Below, one piece after another: positions 26,277 to 35,197 of a stretch of 64,000 nucleotides of DNA; position 1 is the first letter of the stretch, and the number at the start of each line of letters is the position of its first letter. The stretch lies in assembly GCA_035542975.1 (NCBI GenBank), contig DATKKK010000040.1:13857-77856 (forward strand). Direction: 5' to 3'. The notes below the pieces were generated by a model. It had not been told where the DNA came from and did no database searches. It saw only the letters and a program-made list of their open reading frames with translations. This DNA is from Candidatus Bathyarchaeia archaeon. GTDB taxonomy: Archaea; Thermoproteota; Bathyarchaeia; Bathyarchaeales; Bathycorpusculaceae. The position numbers and the translations under genes were made by a program.

Positions 26277-26795
26277 ATGTCTGATTTCGGCTTTAAAGCT
26301 ATGGCTTTCACTTTCAAGATTCGGGATTTCTTTAGACCACGTAAGGATATTGTCAAAGAAGTAGGGATAGAAGAAGGATTTCACGTTCTGGATTATGGCT
26401 GTGGATCGGGAAGTTACATAAAAGCCGTTGCTGAACTGGTCGGAAAATCAGGGACGGTTTATGCTTTAGACATTCATCCGCTTGCTATTGAGATGGTTAA
26501 GAAGATTACTTCGAAGAACCAGCTGACGAATGTGAAAACGATTTTGTCAGACCGCAAAACTGGATTGCCAGACAATAGCATAGACGTAGTCCTGCTATAC
26601 GATGTTTTTCATGACTTGACAGATCCTGATGGCGTTTTAGAAGAACTGCATCGAGTGTTAAAGCCGGATGGAGTCCTATCATTTAGTGACCATCACATGA
26701 AAGAGAACGAAATAGTATCAGACTTGACTAAGAGAGGATTATTTGGTCTGTCGAGAAAAGGAGAAAGGACATACAGTTTTGTGAAAGTAAAGTAG
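26277..26795 (+). CDS. Class I SAM-dependent methyltransferase
   Basis: Motif I VLDYGCGSGSYI, ...VYALDIHP..., VVLLYDVFHDL, LKPDGVLSF. Not a close paralogue of 14503-15321. Confidence 0.85.
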   Translation: MSDFGFKAMAFTFKIRDFFRPRKDIVKEVGIEEGFHVLDYGCGSGSYIKAVAELVGKSGTVYALDIHPLAIEMVKKITSKNQLTNVKTILSDRKTGLPDNSIDVVLLYDVFHDLTDPDGVLEELHRVLKPDGVLSFSDHHMKENEIVSDLTKRGLFGLSRKGERTYSFVKVK

Positions 26796-26845
26796 CGAAA
26801 GAAGAATAGAGCACGCGATCAGACCACGAGCATCCACAAATCTGC

Positions 26846-27286
26846 CTATTTGTTCCCGTTGTGGCACATCTTGCAAATGCCGTAAATATCCAAACGTTGC
26901 CCCGTGCGTGTGAATTCTGCTTTGACAGTTATTCTTGCAACCATTTCACGTGTAGCAGGATCATCTAAATCCTGAATGTTGCCACATCGCAGACAGACTA
27001 AATTTATGTGAGGCTTCACGTAAGAGTCAAACCTTGCCTGGCTTTCTGGAAAATCCAGTTCTTGGATTAGTCCGTGTTCTGTCAGAATTTGAAGTGTTTT
27101 ATAGACTGTTGCAAGGCTGACTGTTGGATAAACTTTCCTGACTTCATCGTAGATTCTCTGCGCGGTTGGATGATCTCGACTGTGGAGTGCAAATCGGCAA
27201 ATCGCTATTCTTTGTGGAGTTGCCTTGTATCCTTTTTGGCGGAGAGTTTCGATTATCGGTGCGTCTGATTTCTGAGAGTGACTCAT
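26846..27286 (-). CDS. Fur-family metalloregulator, PerR-like by context
   Basis: TPQRIAICRFALHSRDHPTAQRIYDEV...VSLATVYKTLQILTEHGLI...HINLVCLRCGNI...GICKMC (CxxC x2). Divergent from catalase. Confidence 0.8.
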   Translation of the reverse strand: MSHSQKSDAPIIETLRQKGYKATPQRIAICRFALHSRDHPTAQRIYDEVRKVYPTVSLATVYKTLQILTEHGLIQELDFPESQARFDSYVKPHINLVCLRCGNIQDLDDPATREMVARITVKAEFTRTGQRLDIYGICKMCHNGNK

Positions 27287-27291
27287 AGCTT

Positions 27292-27305
27292 TTATTAGAT
27301 AATAA
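27292..27305. promoter_or_regulatory. AT-rich inverted repeat TTATTA-GA-TAATAA (Fur/PerR-box-like)
   Basis: Lies in the 93-nt spacer between the Fur-family gene and catalase, 6 nt from the Fur start. Resembles the TTATAATnATTATAA PerR/Fur box. Confidence 0.45.
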
Positions 27306-27379
27306 TAAGTCTTAAATAAACCTTAGGCAGTCAGATTCTTAGAAATCATAACAGCGCATAGAAGGAGGTGTAGTGAATT

Positions 27380-28828
27380 ATGAAAGATGAACATCTTACG
27401 ACGAACCAGGGTGTTCCTGTCTCCGACAACCAGAACTCACTCACCGCTGGCGAGCGAGGGCCTGTGTTGCTTCAGGACGTTCACCTGATTGAGAAACTCG
27501 CACACTTTGATCGTGAACGCATCCCTGAGCGTGTGGTTCACGCCAAGGGAGCCGGTGCACATGGAAACTTCCATGTATATAAGAGTATGGCAAAGTACAC
27601 GTGCGCGAAGTTCCTTCAAGATCCGAAGAAAAAGACGCCTGTCTTTGTCCGTTTCTCCACAGTAGTTGGCGCACGAGGATCTGCTGACACGGCTCGTGAT
27701 CCCAGGGGTTTTGCCGTCAAGTTCTACACTGAAGACGGCAACTATGATCTGGTAGGGAATAATCTGCCCGTCTTTTTCATACGAGACGCCATTAAATTCC
27801 CGGATATGGTACACGCTTTCAAACCTGCACCAAACACAGGATTTCCCACAAGCTCATCAGCAAACAGCCGCTTCTGGGATTTCATCTCGCTGACCCCGGA
27901 ATCCACTCACATGATCACATGGCTCTTTTCAGATCGAGGAACAGTCAAGAGCTACCGAAGAATGGAAGGCTTCGGCGTCAATACATACAAATGGGTGAAT
28001 GCAAAAGGCAAGGCCGTCTATGTCAAGTACCACTGGAAGCCAAAAGCAGGAATAGAGACAATCGACCGCCACGAGGCAACTCGTCTTGCTGGAGAAGACC
28101 CCGACATTGCGACCCGCGACCTGTACGAAACAATCGCTTCAGGAAAGACAGCGGAATACGAACTGTATGTCCAGATCATGGAAATCGCTGATGAGTTAAA
28201 GCAAGATTTCGACCCGCTTGATGCCACAAAGACATGGCCTGAGGACAAGTTTCCGCTTATGCTGGTGGGTAAGATGGTGTTGAACCGCAACCCCGAAAAC
28301 TTCTTTGCAGAAACAGAGCAAGCTGCTTTTTGCCCAGCCTCCATAATACCAGGAATCGATTTCTCCGTTGACAAGCTGTTGCAGGGTAGGGTCTTCTCAT
28401 ACGCGGACACACAGCGACATCGACTTGGTCCCAATTACCTGCAACTTCCAATCAATCGTCCACAGGCACCTGCTAACAACAACCAGCGCGACGGTGCAAT
28501 GCAGTACGCGCCTTACGGTGGAGGAACAGTCAACTACGAACCCAACACTCTGGCTGGCGGAAAACCCCATGAGGCAACGGCTACACCGACTGAAGATTAC
28601 AGTGTCAAAGGGAAAGTGATTCGACAAAAGATCAGCCTAACCAACGATTTTCAGCAGGCAGGTGAACGCTACCGCTCGCTAGGCAAAGTTGACCAAGAAC
28701 ACTTAATCGACAACATTGTCGATTCTTTGGGAAAAGCTGACAAGCCGATTCAGCAACGCATGGTCGAAAATCTAGCCAAAGCTGACCCAGAGTTTGGCAG
28801 AAGAGTGAGAAGGGGATTAAAACTCTAG
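27380..28828 (+). CDS. katA: Monofunctional heme catalase (small-subunit type)
   Basis: ...FDRERIPERVVHAKGAGAHG...RFSTV...RDPRGFAVKFYTEDGNYDLVGNN.PVFFIRD...GRVFSYADTQRHRLGPNY. Strong SD GAAGGAGGTG. Confidence 0.95.
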   Translation: MKDEHLTTNQGVPVSDNQNSLTAGERGPVLLQDVHLIEKLAHFDRERIPERVVHAKGAGAHGNFHVYKSMAKYTCAKFLQDPKKKTPVFVRFSTVVGARGSADTARDPRGFAVKFYTEDGNYDLVGNNLPVFFIRDAIKFPDMVHAFKPAPNTGFPTSSSANSRFWDFISLTPESTHMITWLFSDRGTVKSYRRMEGFGVNTYKWVNAKGKAVYVKYHWKPKAGIETIDRHEATRLAGEDPDIATRDLYETIASGKTAEYELYVQIMEIADELKQDFDPLDATKTWPEDKFPLMLVGKMVLNRNPENFFAETEQAAFCPASIIPGIDFSVDKLLQGRVFSYADTQRHRLGPNYLQLPINRPQAPANNNQRDGAMQYAPYGGGTVNYEPNTLAGGKPHEATATPTEDYSVKGKVIRQKISLTNDFQQAGERYRSLGKVDQEHLIDNIVDSLGKADKPIQQRMVENLAKADPEFGRRVRRGLKL

Positions 28829-29086
28829 AGCGCGCTAATCCCAGCGCCATTTTTCTGTGTTGTGTTAGGATTGTATTTAGTTTTCTCAGGTTTTCTTCTT
28901 GGTTTTGCCCTTCTTCCATGTTGCCTATTAGGGTTGCCAGAAGCCGTTTCTTTTAGGCTGTCTTTTGGGGAGAAGATATTCTATCTTGCTGTTATTTCTT
29001 TGATAGATTATGGCTTCAGCCTGTATTGGCATCCGCATGGGAAAAAGAATAATGGCTGAGGCTAAAAACTATTTGGAGAAACCTGC

Positions 29087-29106
29087 GTGTTTGGGATAAA
29101 ACCCTA
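29087..29106 (+). repeat. Degenerate GGATAAAAC-type repeat, copy 3
   Basis: gtgtttgggataaaaccctacatcaaa aligns with 16449-16478 (ggataaaac..tac...catcaaa). About 125 nt upstream of the cupin gene. Confidence 0.35.
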
Positions 29107-29227
29107 CATCAAACCCGATTACGTTTACACTCGCAACATCTGTTCTCTTGCAGTCACTTGACGTGCGATAGCGCAACAACCTCGAACGATCAACTTATTA
29201 GCGAGGCGTGACGAATCCTAGGTTAGG

Positions 29228-29635
29228 GTGTCATGCATGAAAGGTTTCAAGTCCAATGTCGAGAAGGATACTTTGGGCAACAGTGATTTTAGACGTGTGC
29301 TATACACTGGTAAATACAGTCAGCTTGTACTGATGAACCTCAAGCCTGGTGAAGAAATAGGCGAAGAGATCCATAAAACCATCGACCAGTTTCTTAGGTT
29401 TGAGAAAGGAGAGGGTGTGGTTTCTATAGACGGCGTGAAGCACAAGGTCGTTGATGGAGACGCTGTAATAGTGCCTGCTGGTGCAAGACACAACGTGACA
29501 AATACATCCAAGAATACGGAACTGAAGTTGTACACGATATACTCGCCGCCTGAACATCAAGACGGTACTGTACGCAAGACGAAAGCGGACGCGCTAGCGA
29601 AGCCAGAGGAGTTCGACGGCAAAACTACGGAATGA
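29228..29635 (+). CDS. Cupin-domain protein
   Basis: ...LMNLKPGEEIGEEIHKTIDQFLRFEKGEGVVSIDGVKHKVVDGDAVIVPAGARHNVTN: two-motif cupin signature. GTG at 29228 or ATG at 29237. Confidence 0.75.
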   Translation: MSCMKGFKSNVEKDTLGNSDFRRVLYTGKYSQLVLMNLKPGEEIGEEIHKTIDQFLRFEKGEGVVSIDGVKHKVVDGDAVIVPAGARHNVTNTSKNTELKLYTIYSPPEHQDGTVRKTKADALAKPEEFDGKTTE

Positions 29636-29825
29636 ACCCCCCCTCATTTTCTTTCCATGCGCCAAAGTACTGCTGAATGTTTGTTCGAATAGCAGTTTTC
29701 TCCAAGGACAAGGTTGCTATACAAATTGTTCACGGCAAGCTAGTGTCTTTTGATGTAAGTCTTTCAAAGGAAGGTCTATTCAGGGCATTGGAGGTCTCGT
29801 GACCGTTTACGCGTCGGATTGCGCG

Positions 29826-30242
29826 TTATTTTGACATTACTTCGAATTCCACTTTTAAGGGAATAGGTTCTTTGAATATTGACAACACTGGACAGTTTGC
29901 TTCGGTTCTTCTCCAAGCAGCCTCGAGCAGTTCCTTCCTTGCCGTCGCATAGACTTTGGTTGTAATCGTGACTCCATTGAGTTTGGGCGAGTCAGCAGGT
30001 TTTTCTGCCTCAGCTACAACCTCAACTTTGCTGAGTTCAATTTTACTCTGCTTGCACACATCAGCAAATATCGTTACTGCACAATCTGCTAAAGCCATTA
30101 TCGCCAATTCAATAGCTGTTGGACCTGTGTCATTTCCGCCTGCAGCCGTAGAAAGGTCACAAACTACACTGTGCGTTCTCGAATTGTCGACCACTGAACG
30201 GACATTCTCAATCCATTTAGCCGTAACCTTGTATTTTGGCAT
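29826..30242 (-). CDS. OsmC/Ohr-family peroxiredoxin-like protein
   Basis: ...GPTAIELAIMALADCAVTIFADVC...RTEANCPVLSIF: the two conserved Cys contexts of OsmC. Confidence 0.8.
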   Translation of the reverse strand: MPKYKVTAKWIENVRSVVDNSRTHSVVCDLSTAAGGNDTGPTAIELAIMALADCAVTIFADVCKQSKIELSKVEVVAEAEKPADSPKLNGVTITTKVYATARKELLEAAWRRTEANCPVLSIFKEPIPLKVEFEVMSK

Positions 30243-30284
30243 TTTATCACTGAAAATAACTTGTTCTGCTGGAGAATTTAAGAG

Positions 30285-31013
30285 TTATTGCTCAGGCACT
30301 CGCATCTGTCCCTTATGTGAATCATAGAGTTTACGTTTGTAGTATCCTCGCGCAGTGTACAGCGCCCCAACAGGGTTGTGACATAAGACGCGATCCTTGG
30401 CAACCAAAACTGTCACAGGGGCTTCAGAATATTTGATGAAAGCAGAATCATGCCCTACGCAAAGTCCCACAATTATGTTCAACTCTGTTTTCGCCTTGTT
30501 CATGATCAGTGCTTGTGCTACAGGATTGCAGATCGGCTCGAACGTGCCTGGACGCACTTTCTCACCGTCTTTCAGTCCTAGCTCTTCTTTTGAAACACCG
30601 CCAGTCTTGCAAAAAACGGAAGTCACTTCAAAACCGTTGGATTCAAGGATATCCGTCAGCACTTTTCCCTCTTGAGCCAATCCTACACAGCAGGCAACAC
30701 CGAGCCTTACGAAATTCATCCTTCTGGCAAATTCCATCGTGTCCTCGACTCGAGTCCACTTCATGTAACCCTCTGCCTCCACCAGAGCCGAAGCACGAGC
30801 TAATTTTCCTACATCAGGTTTTTCGTACTCTTTCCTAGCTTTTGCCAGAATATCTTTCTCAATGTTCATCGGACAAAAATCCAACTTGGAAGTAACTCCG
30901 GCCTGTTCAGGGTGTTCGCACACGAAAACGGTACACTTGCTGCACTTAACCAAGATCTCTCCTCTCGAATAGCATGACGTTGTTTTTGTAAGACTTATGT
31001 CTTCCCTGTGCAT
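30285..31013 (-). CDS. DUF1847 Cys-rich metal-binding protein
   Basis: ...GVACCVGLAQEGKVLTDILESNGFEVTSVFCKTGG...CNPVAQA...IVGLCVGHDSAFIKYSEAPVTVLVAKDRVLCHNP matches my recollection of DUF1847. Confidence 0.7.
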   Translation of the reverse strand: MHREDISLTKTTSCYSRGEILVKCSKCTVFVCEHPEQAGVTSKLDFCPMNIEKDILAKARKEYEKPDVGKLARASALVEAEGYMKWTRVEDTMEFARRMNFVRLGVACCVGLAQEGKVLTDILESNGFEVTSVFCKTGGVSKEELGLKDGEKVRPGTFEPICNPVAQALIMNKAKTELNIIVGLCVGHDSAFIKYSEAPVTVLVAKDRVLCHNPVGALYTARGYYKRKLYDSHKGQMRVPEQ

Positions 31014-31077
31014 GTCATTAAGTTTTCATGTCTTCGGCATGTTGTGTTTCCCGCGTGTTATGCGAAACGTTTAAAAG

Positions 31078-31101
31078 AGTTATGAATGTTTATTCATAAC
31101 T
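31078..31101. promoter_or_regulatory. Perfect inverted repeat AGTTATGAAT-GTTT-ATTCATAACT abutting the DUF134 start codon
   Basis: 10-bp arms with a 4-nt spacer, ending 1 nt before the ATG at 31103, in the divergent DUF1847/DUF134 spacer. TTTAAAAG lies just upstream. Confidence 0.6.
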
Positions 31102-31102
31102 T

Positions 31103-31585
31103 ATGCCTAGACCAAGAATCTGCCGACGAGTTTACTGTGAACCAGACGTAACCTACTTCAAGCCAAGAGGTGTTCCGATGATTTCCTTGGAAAGCGTTAG
31201 CCTAACCGTGGATGAATTCGAGGCGATACGGTTGAAAGATGTTGAGGGATTAGAGCAGACAGCCGCGGCTGACAGCATGCACATATCGCAACCTACCTTC
31301 CACAGAGTAATAGAAGCAGCAAGAAAGAAAGTGGCAGATGCTTTGGTTAATGGCAAAGCCATACGAATAGAAGGAGGAGATTACGTGTCAAACACGAATA
31401 GAAAATTCAAGTGCCTCAACTGTAACCATGAATGGGAAGAACCTCATGGAAGAAGGAGACCCAAAGCATGCCCCAAATGCGGAAGTAAGAATATTCACAG
31501 ATCTCCAGAGGACAGAGGGTATGCTAGACTTGGAAGAGGTTCGCAGGGGATCATTGAATTGATGAAAAAGGAGGTGACGCAATGA
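31103..31585 (+). CDS. DUF134 (UPF0251) predicted DNA-binding protein with a C-terminal zinc ribbon
   Basis: MPRPRICRRV...YFKPRGVP...VSLTVDEFEAIRLKDVEGLEQTAAADSMHISQPTFHRVIEAARKKVADALVNGKAIRIEGG, plus CLNCNH...CPKCGS. Confidence 0.8.
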   Translation: MPRPRICRRVYCEPDVTYFKPRGVPMISLESVSLTVDEFEAIRLKDVEGLEQTAAADSMHISQPTFHRVIEAARKKVADALVNGKAIRIEGGDYVSNTNRKFKCLNCNHEWEEPHGRRRPKACPKCGSKNIHRSPEDRGYARLGRGSQGIIELMKKEVTQ

Positions 31586-31956
31586 AGTCTAAAGTTGTTG
31601 TTCCAGTTTCGGACAAGAATGGTTTGAATGCAAGAATAGCGGAACATTTTGGAAGAGCATCCTTCTATGTCGTTGTAGAATTGGAGAACGGCGGAAAAAT
31701 CAAGAGCATCGAAACTTTGGAAAACAATGGTGAGCATTTCGGAGGTCAGGGACATATGCATGAACACATATTGGAGCAGAAACCGAACGCGATAATAACC
31801 TATGGAATGGGTCCAAGAGGGTTAGTCGGGTTTCAAGAAGCAGGAGTAGCGGTGCTAAAAGCTGACGCAGATACTGTTAAAGACGTGATTGTCTCCTACA
31901 ATGATGACAAGTTGCAAGAGTTAACTGAAGGTTGCCATCATGCACACCATCACTGA
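31582..31956 (+). CDS. NifB/NifX-type (dinitrogenase FeMo-cofactor-binding fold) small protein with a His-rich tail
   Basis: VVVPVSDKNGLNARIAEHFGRASFYVVVEL...NAIITYGMGPRGLVGFQEAGVAV...; ends CHHAHHH. Confidence 0.7.
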   Translation: MKSKVVVPVSDKNGLNARIAEHFGRASFYVVVELENGGKIKSIETLENNGEHFGGQGHMHEHILEQKPNAIITYGMGPRGLVGFQEAGVAVLKADADTVKDVIVSYNDDKLQELTEGCHHAHHH

Positions 31957-32016
31957 GACAAGAAACGCACGCGTGCGCATTACTCATAGATTCAATAGAT
32001 TTCGCGAGGCAGAGAG

Positions 32017-32409
32017 GTGAATGGTATAAGAAAATTGACAGTGGTTGTTCCAACCGAAGAATACGATGGTTTGGAAGATGTTGTTTCTGAAGTATTCAGC
32101 AAAGCTAAAACTTTCACCATAGCAGATGTTGAAGAAAACAATGTCAAAAACGTAATGGTATTTGAAAATCCAGCGTCCTCTTACAAGCATGGTTCTGGGC
32201 CAATCGTGGCAAATAAGTTAGCTGAACTCAAAGTAAATTTGGTTCTGACTGCTAAACTCGGTTTAGAGGTTTCTGAATTGCTTAAACAGCATAACATAAA
32301 AACAATCTCGGTTAGACCAGGCACAAGAGTCTTAGATTCAATAAAAGAAGCCATGTTCAAATCAGAAACCAAAGGCATAGGCAAAGCACGACGCAAAAGC
32401 AACAATTAA
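32017..32409 (+). CDS. NifB/NifX-type small protein (second copy)
   Basis: LTVVVPTEEYDGLEDVVSEVFSKAKTFTIADVE...VNLVLTAKLGLEVSELLKQHNIKTI; GTG start. Confidence 0.6.
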   Translation: MNGIRKLTVVVPTEEYDGLEDVVSEVFSKAKTFTIADVEENNVKNVMVFENPASSYKHGSGPIVANKLAELKVNLVLTAKLGLEVSELLKQHNIKTISVRPGTRVLDSIKEAMFKSETKGIGKARRKSNN

Positions 32410-32528
32410 TTCTATCATTCGCGCGTGTGCGTACTCTGTAATATCCAGAGTTTGTTAGTGCTTGAGTAGTATGAGCAGGTAATAGTAGAAGTAGAAGCTT
32501 AAGATAGGCAAGCCAGTAGTTTGTCGTT

Positions 32529-33746
32529 TTATTTGTATGGTATATATTCTTTTCCTAGCAGTTCACGTGCAATAACCGTTCTCTGAATATTACTTGCTCC
32601 TTCCGCACCCACACAGTAACTCATTATTCCTCGCAAACCCATCTCCAGCGGGCATTCCTTCGTATATCCGTAAGCTCCCATCCAAACCATCGCATGCTTA
32701 TACACATCAAAAGCCAAATGCGGCGCAATCAACTTGCACGCAGCAATGTACCTGCCAACCTCCAACGCTGAAAACCTGTTATGCTTGTACTTCATGTCAT
32801 TCATCCAAGCTGTACGATAAGTAAGCGATTTCAAACTCTCAAGCTGCGCCCAATCATCAGCCAACTCAAACTGAATCCCCTCAAACTTGCCAATCGGCCT
32901 ACCAAACGCCTTACGCTCCTTAATATACTCCATCCCAATGTCCAACGCACGCCTAGCCGCACCCACACAAACCGCCGCAATCAAAATACGCGCATTATCA
33001 AACCCCTCCATCGTTAAGTAGAAGCCTTTATCCACTTCACCGATGCGGTTAGCATCAGGAACCTTAACATTCTCCATCTTGAAACCGCCCGTCGAAATCG
33101 CCATCCGCCCCATGTCCTCAAAACGCTTGTTAATCTCCACACCTGCCGCGTTCATGGGCAAATAAAAACCCGTCATACCCCTATGCGCTGCTTCAACAGG
33201 CGCAGACGAAGTCCGAGCGATAACAAAATAGCCACCACCAAGCTTCTTCGCTTCTTCCGTGCCGCTGATGTACATCTTCTCGCCGTTCAAAACCCAACCA
33301 TTACCATCCTTCTTTGCAGTGGACTTGAAAGCCGCAACATCCGAACCCCCACCAGACTCAGTAGAAGCAATGCCTATGAAAGCGTCACCCTTGAACGCCT
33401 TACGCATAACTTCTTCTCTCACTTTCTCACTGCAGTACCTGTCAACCACAAAACCCCAAGAAGACTCAACAAGCCAAAGCACCGGCAAAGCAATACTCAC
33501 ATCCGCATAACCAAGCTCCTCCGCAGCAATACATGCCATAACCCAATCCGCACCTGTGGCACCATGCTCTTGAGGAGCCGTCATAACAAGCAAACCCATA
33601 TCCGCCATGCTCTTCAAAACTTCACGAGGAATCTCGCCTTTACTATCCATCTCCCGAATCTTCTCTAACGGCAAATTCTTCATGCACCATTCACGTATGG
33701 CGTTCCTGAAAAGCTCCTGTTCTTCCGTGAAACCGAAATCAACCAT
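32529..33746 (-). CDS. Acyl-CoA dehydrogenase
   Basis: 405 aa; ...IASTESGGGSDVAAF...GEKMYISG..., C-terminal ...YCVGAEGASNIQRTVIAREL. Last gene of the hdrACB cluster. Confidence 0.9.
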   Translation of the reverse strand: MVDFGFTEEQELFRNAIREWCMKNLPLEKIREMDSKGEIPREVLKSMADMGLLVMTAPQEHGATGADWVMACIAAEELGYADVSIALPVLWLVESSWGFVVDRYCSEKVREEVMRKAFKGDAFIGIASTESGGGSDVAAFKSTAKKDGNGWVLNGEKMYISGTEEAKKLGGGYFVIARTSSAPVEAAHRGMTGFYLPMNAAGVEINKRFEDMGRMAISTGGFKMENVKVPDANRIGEVDKGFYLTMEGFDNARILIAAVCVGAARRALDIGMEYIKERKAFGRPIGKFEGIQFELADDWAQLESLKSLTYRTAWMNDMKYKHNRFSALEVGRYIAACKLIAPHLAFDVYKHAMVWMGAYGYTKECPLEMGLRGIMSYCVGAEGASNIQRTVIARELLGKEYIPYK

Positions 33747-33807
33747 GACCTTTCACCCTTTTGAACCAGAACTACAGGAACAAAAGAATATAAAAGTTGC
33801 CCGAAAA

Positions 33808-34683
33808 CTAGCACAAAACCTTTGACAAAAGCAAGTCAACAGGGCTCTGGTTAAGATGCAAACCAAGTTTCTGCTGTTCAACGCCCAACGCCAAACCCAG
33901 CAACTGCGTGTAATAAACAACAGGAAGATTCAGCTTCGCGCCCACGGTTGTCGCGGCTTCTTTCTGTTTAGCATCAAACATCAACGCACAATCAGGACAA
34001 GAAACAACCAACCCATCCACCGACAAATTCTGCAAAGCCTTAAGCTTACTCCCAGCAAGCGAAAGCGCCGAATCAACATGACTATACGTCAAAGCAGAAC
34101 CGCAACAATCCAGCTTCTCAGCATAATCCACACTCTCCACGCCCAATGCACCAACCAACTCATCAAGCTTCCGAGGGCTTTCTGCATCATCCGCCCTTCC
34201 AAGATCACTGTAACGAACAAGCTGACACCCCACATGACTCGCCAGTTTCAAACCCTTAAGCGGCTTAACCACCGCCTCCTTAACCGCCTTCAAGCCAACA
34301 CCGTCATGTAACAAATCAATAACATGCCAAACCTTAACATCAGAACGATACTCCAAACCCTCCTCCTTCAACAAGCCAGCAACTTTCTGCCTAACCCTTT
34401 CATCCCTCTCAAAAACCCTTTTCGCCTCTGAAATCACGAAGTGACAACGATTACAAGGAACAAGCAAATCAGCTAGCCCTGTTGATCCAGCCAAAGCCAA
34501 AACCCGCACGCCAAGATACGTAGCCGCAAAATCATTAACACTCTTAACAGGATCACCACAACACACCGCCTCGGGCAAGTCAACAAGCTCAACACCAAGC
34601 CGCGGCAAAACTTCCCGAACCGACAACTCATACGCATATTGACTCGTCAGAATCCTACAACCCCAAAAGACTGCGACTTTCAC
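33808..34683 (-). CDS. hdrB: Heterodisulfide reductase subunit B-like (two CCG domains)
   Basis: MKVAVFWGCRI...PEAVCCGDP...CNRCH...ASHVGCQLV...LDCCGSAL...VSCPDCALMF. Confidence 0.85.
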   Translation of the reverse strand: MKVAVFWGCRILTSQYAYELSVREVLPRLGVELVDLPEAVCCGDPVKSVNDFAATYLGVRVLALAGSTGLADLLVPCNRCHFVISEAKRVFERDERVRQKVAGLLKEEGLEYRSDVKVWHVIDLLHDGVGLKAVKEAVVKPLKGLKLASHVGCQLVRYSDLGRADDAESPRKLDELVGALGVESVDYAEKLDCCGSALTYSHVDSALSLAGSKLKALQNLSVDGLVVSCPDCALMFDAKQKEAATTVGAKLNLPVVYYTQLLGLALGVEQQKLGLHLNQSPVDLLLSKVLC

Positions 34684-35177
34684 GTTCCCCGCTCCTCCAA
34701 GGCTTTAAGAAAAACCGCCTGAAAACTCTCCTTAGGACCCGCAAGCTTAGGCAACCCTAGGCTTTCACGGTTAAACGTCTCCATCTTCCTCGAAGTAACC
34801 TTCTGACAAGCCTCCGCCAACCCGCTCTCAAGAACCAGCGACAGCGCTTTCATGTAAGCCTCAGGCACTTTCACTTCTCTTTCCACAGCCAAATTCCTCA
34901 AAGCCATTATCACATGGTAAGGCGACGCCTTCTGAGGACATCGCTGAACGCATTTCAAACACGTCACACAAGTCCAAATAATATCCGAAGAAGCTAACTC
35001 ATCAACAAAACCCAAGTTAACAAGCTTCTCAACCTCATGAGGCTTCAATTCCAAAAGCTTCAACGCCGTACATCCGCTCGTACATTTAATACATTGAAAA
35101 CAATTCACAAGCTCCCTGCCGCGCAACTTCGCTAAAATCTTCTCGCGTGATTCACGATTTGGCTTAGCCATCGACAT
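34680..35177 (-). CDS. hdrC: Heterodisulfide reductase subunit C-like (4Fe-4S dicluster)
   Basis: Start taken at the ATG at 35177 (MSMAKPNRES...). CFQCIKCTSGC and CVTCLKCVQRCP cluster motifs. The longer track ORF would overlap hdrA. Confidence 0.8.
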   Translation of the reverse strand: MSMAKPNRESREKILAKLRGRELVNCFQCIKCTSGCTALKLLELKPHEVEKLVNLGFVDELASSDIIWTCVTCLKCVQRCPQKASPYHVIMALRNLAVEREVKVPEAYMKALSLVLESGLAEACQKVTSRKMETFNRESLGLPKLAGPKESFQAVFLKALEERGT

Positions 35178-35197
35178 CAAATCAACCAAACTCAAAA

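Noticed and set aside
28862-29059. The 65-aa hydrophobic ORF downstream of catalase as a small membrane protein.
   Set aside because: It has no SD or promoter that I could see, it overlaps a T-rich, repeat-bearing spacer, and the hydrophobicity follows from the T-richness. There is not enough support to call it.
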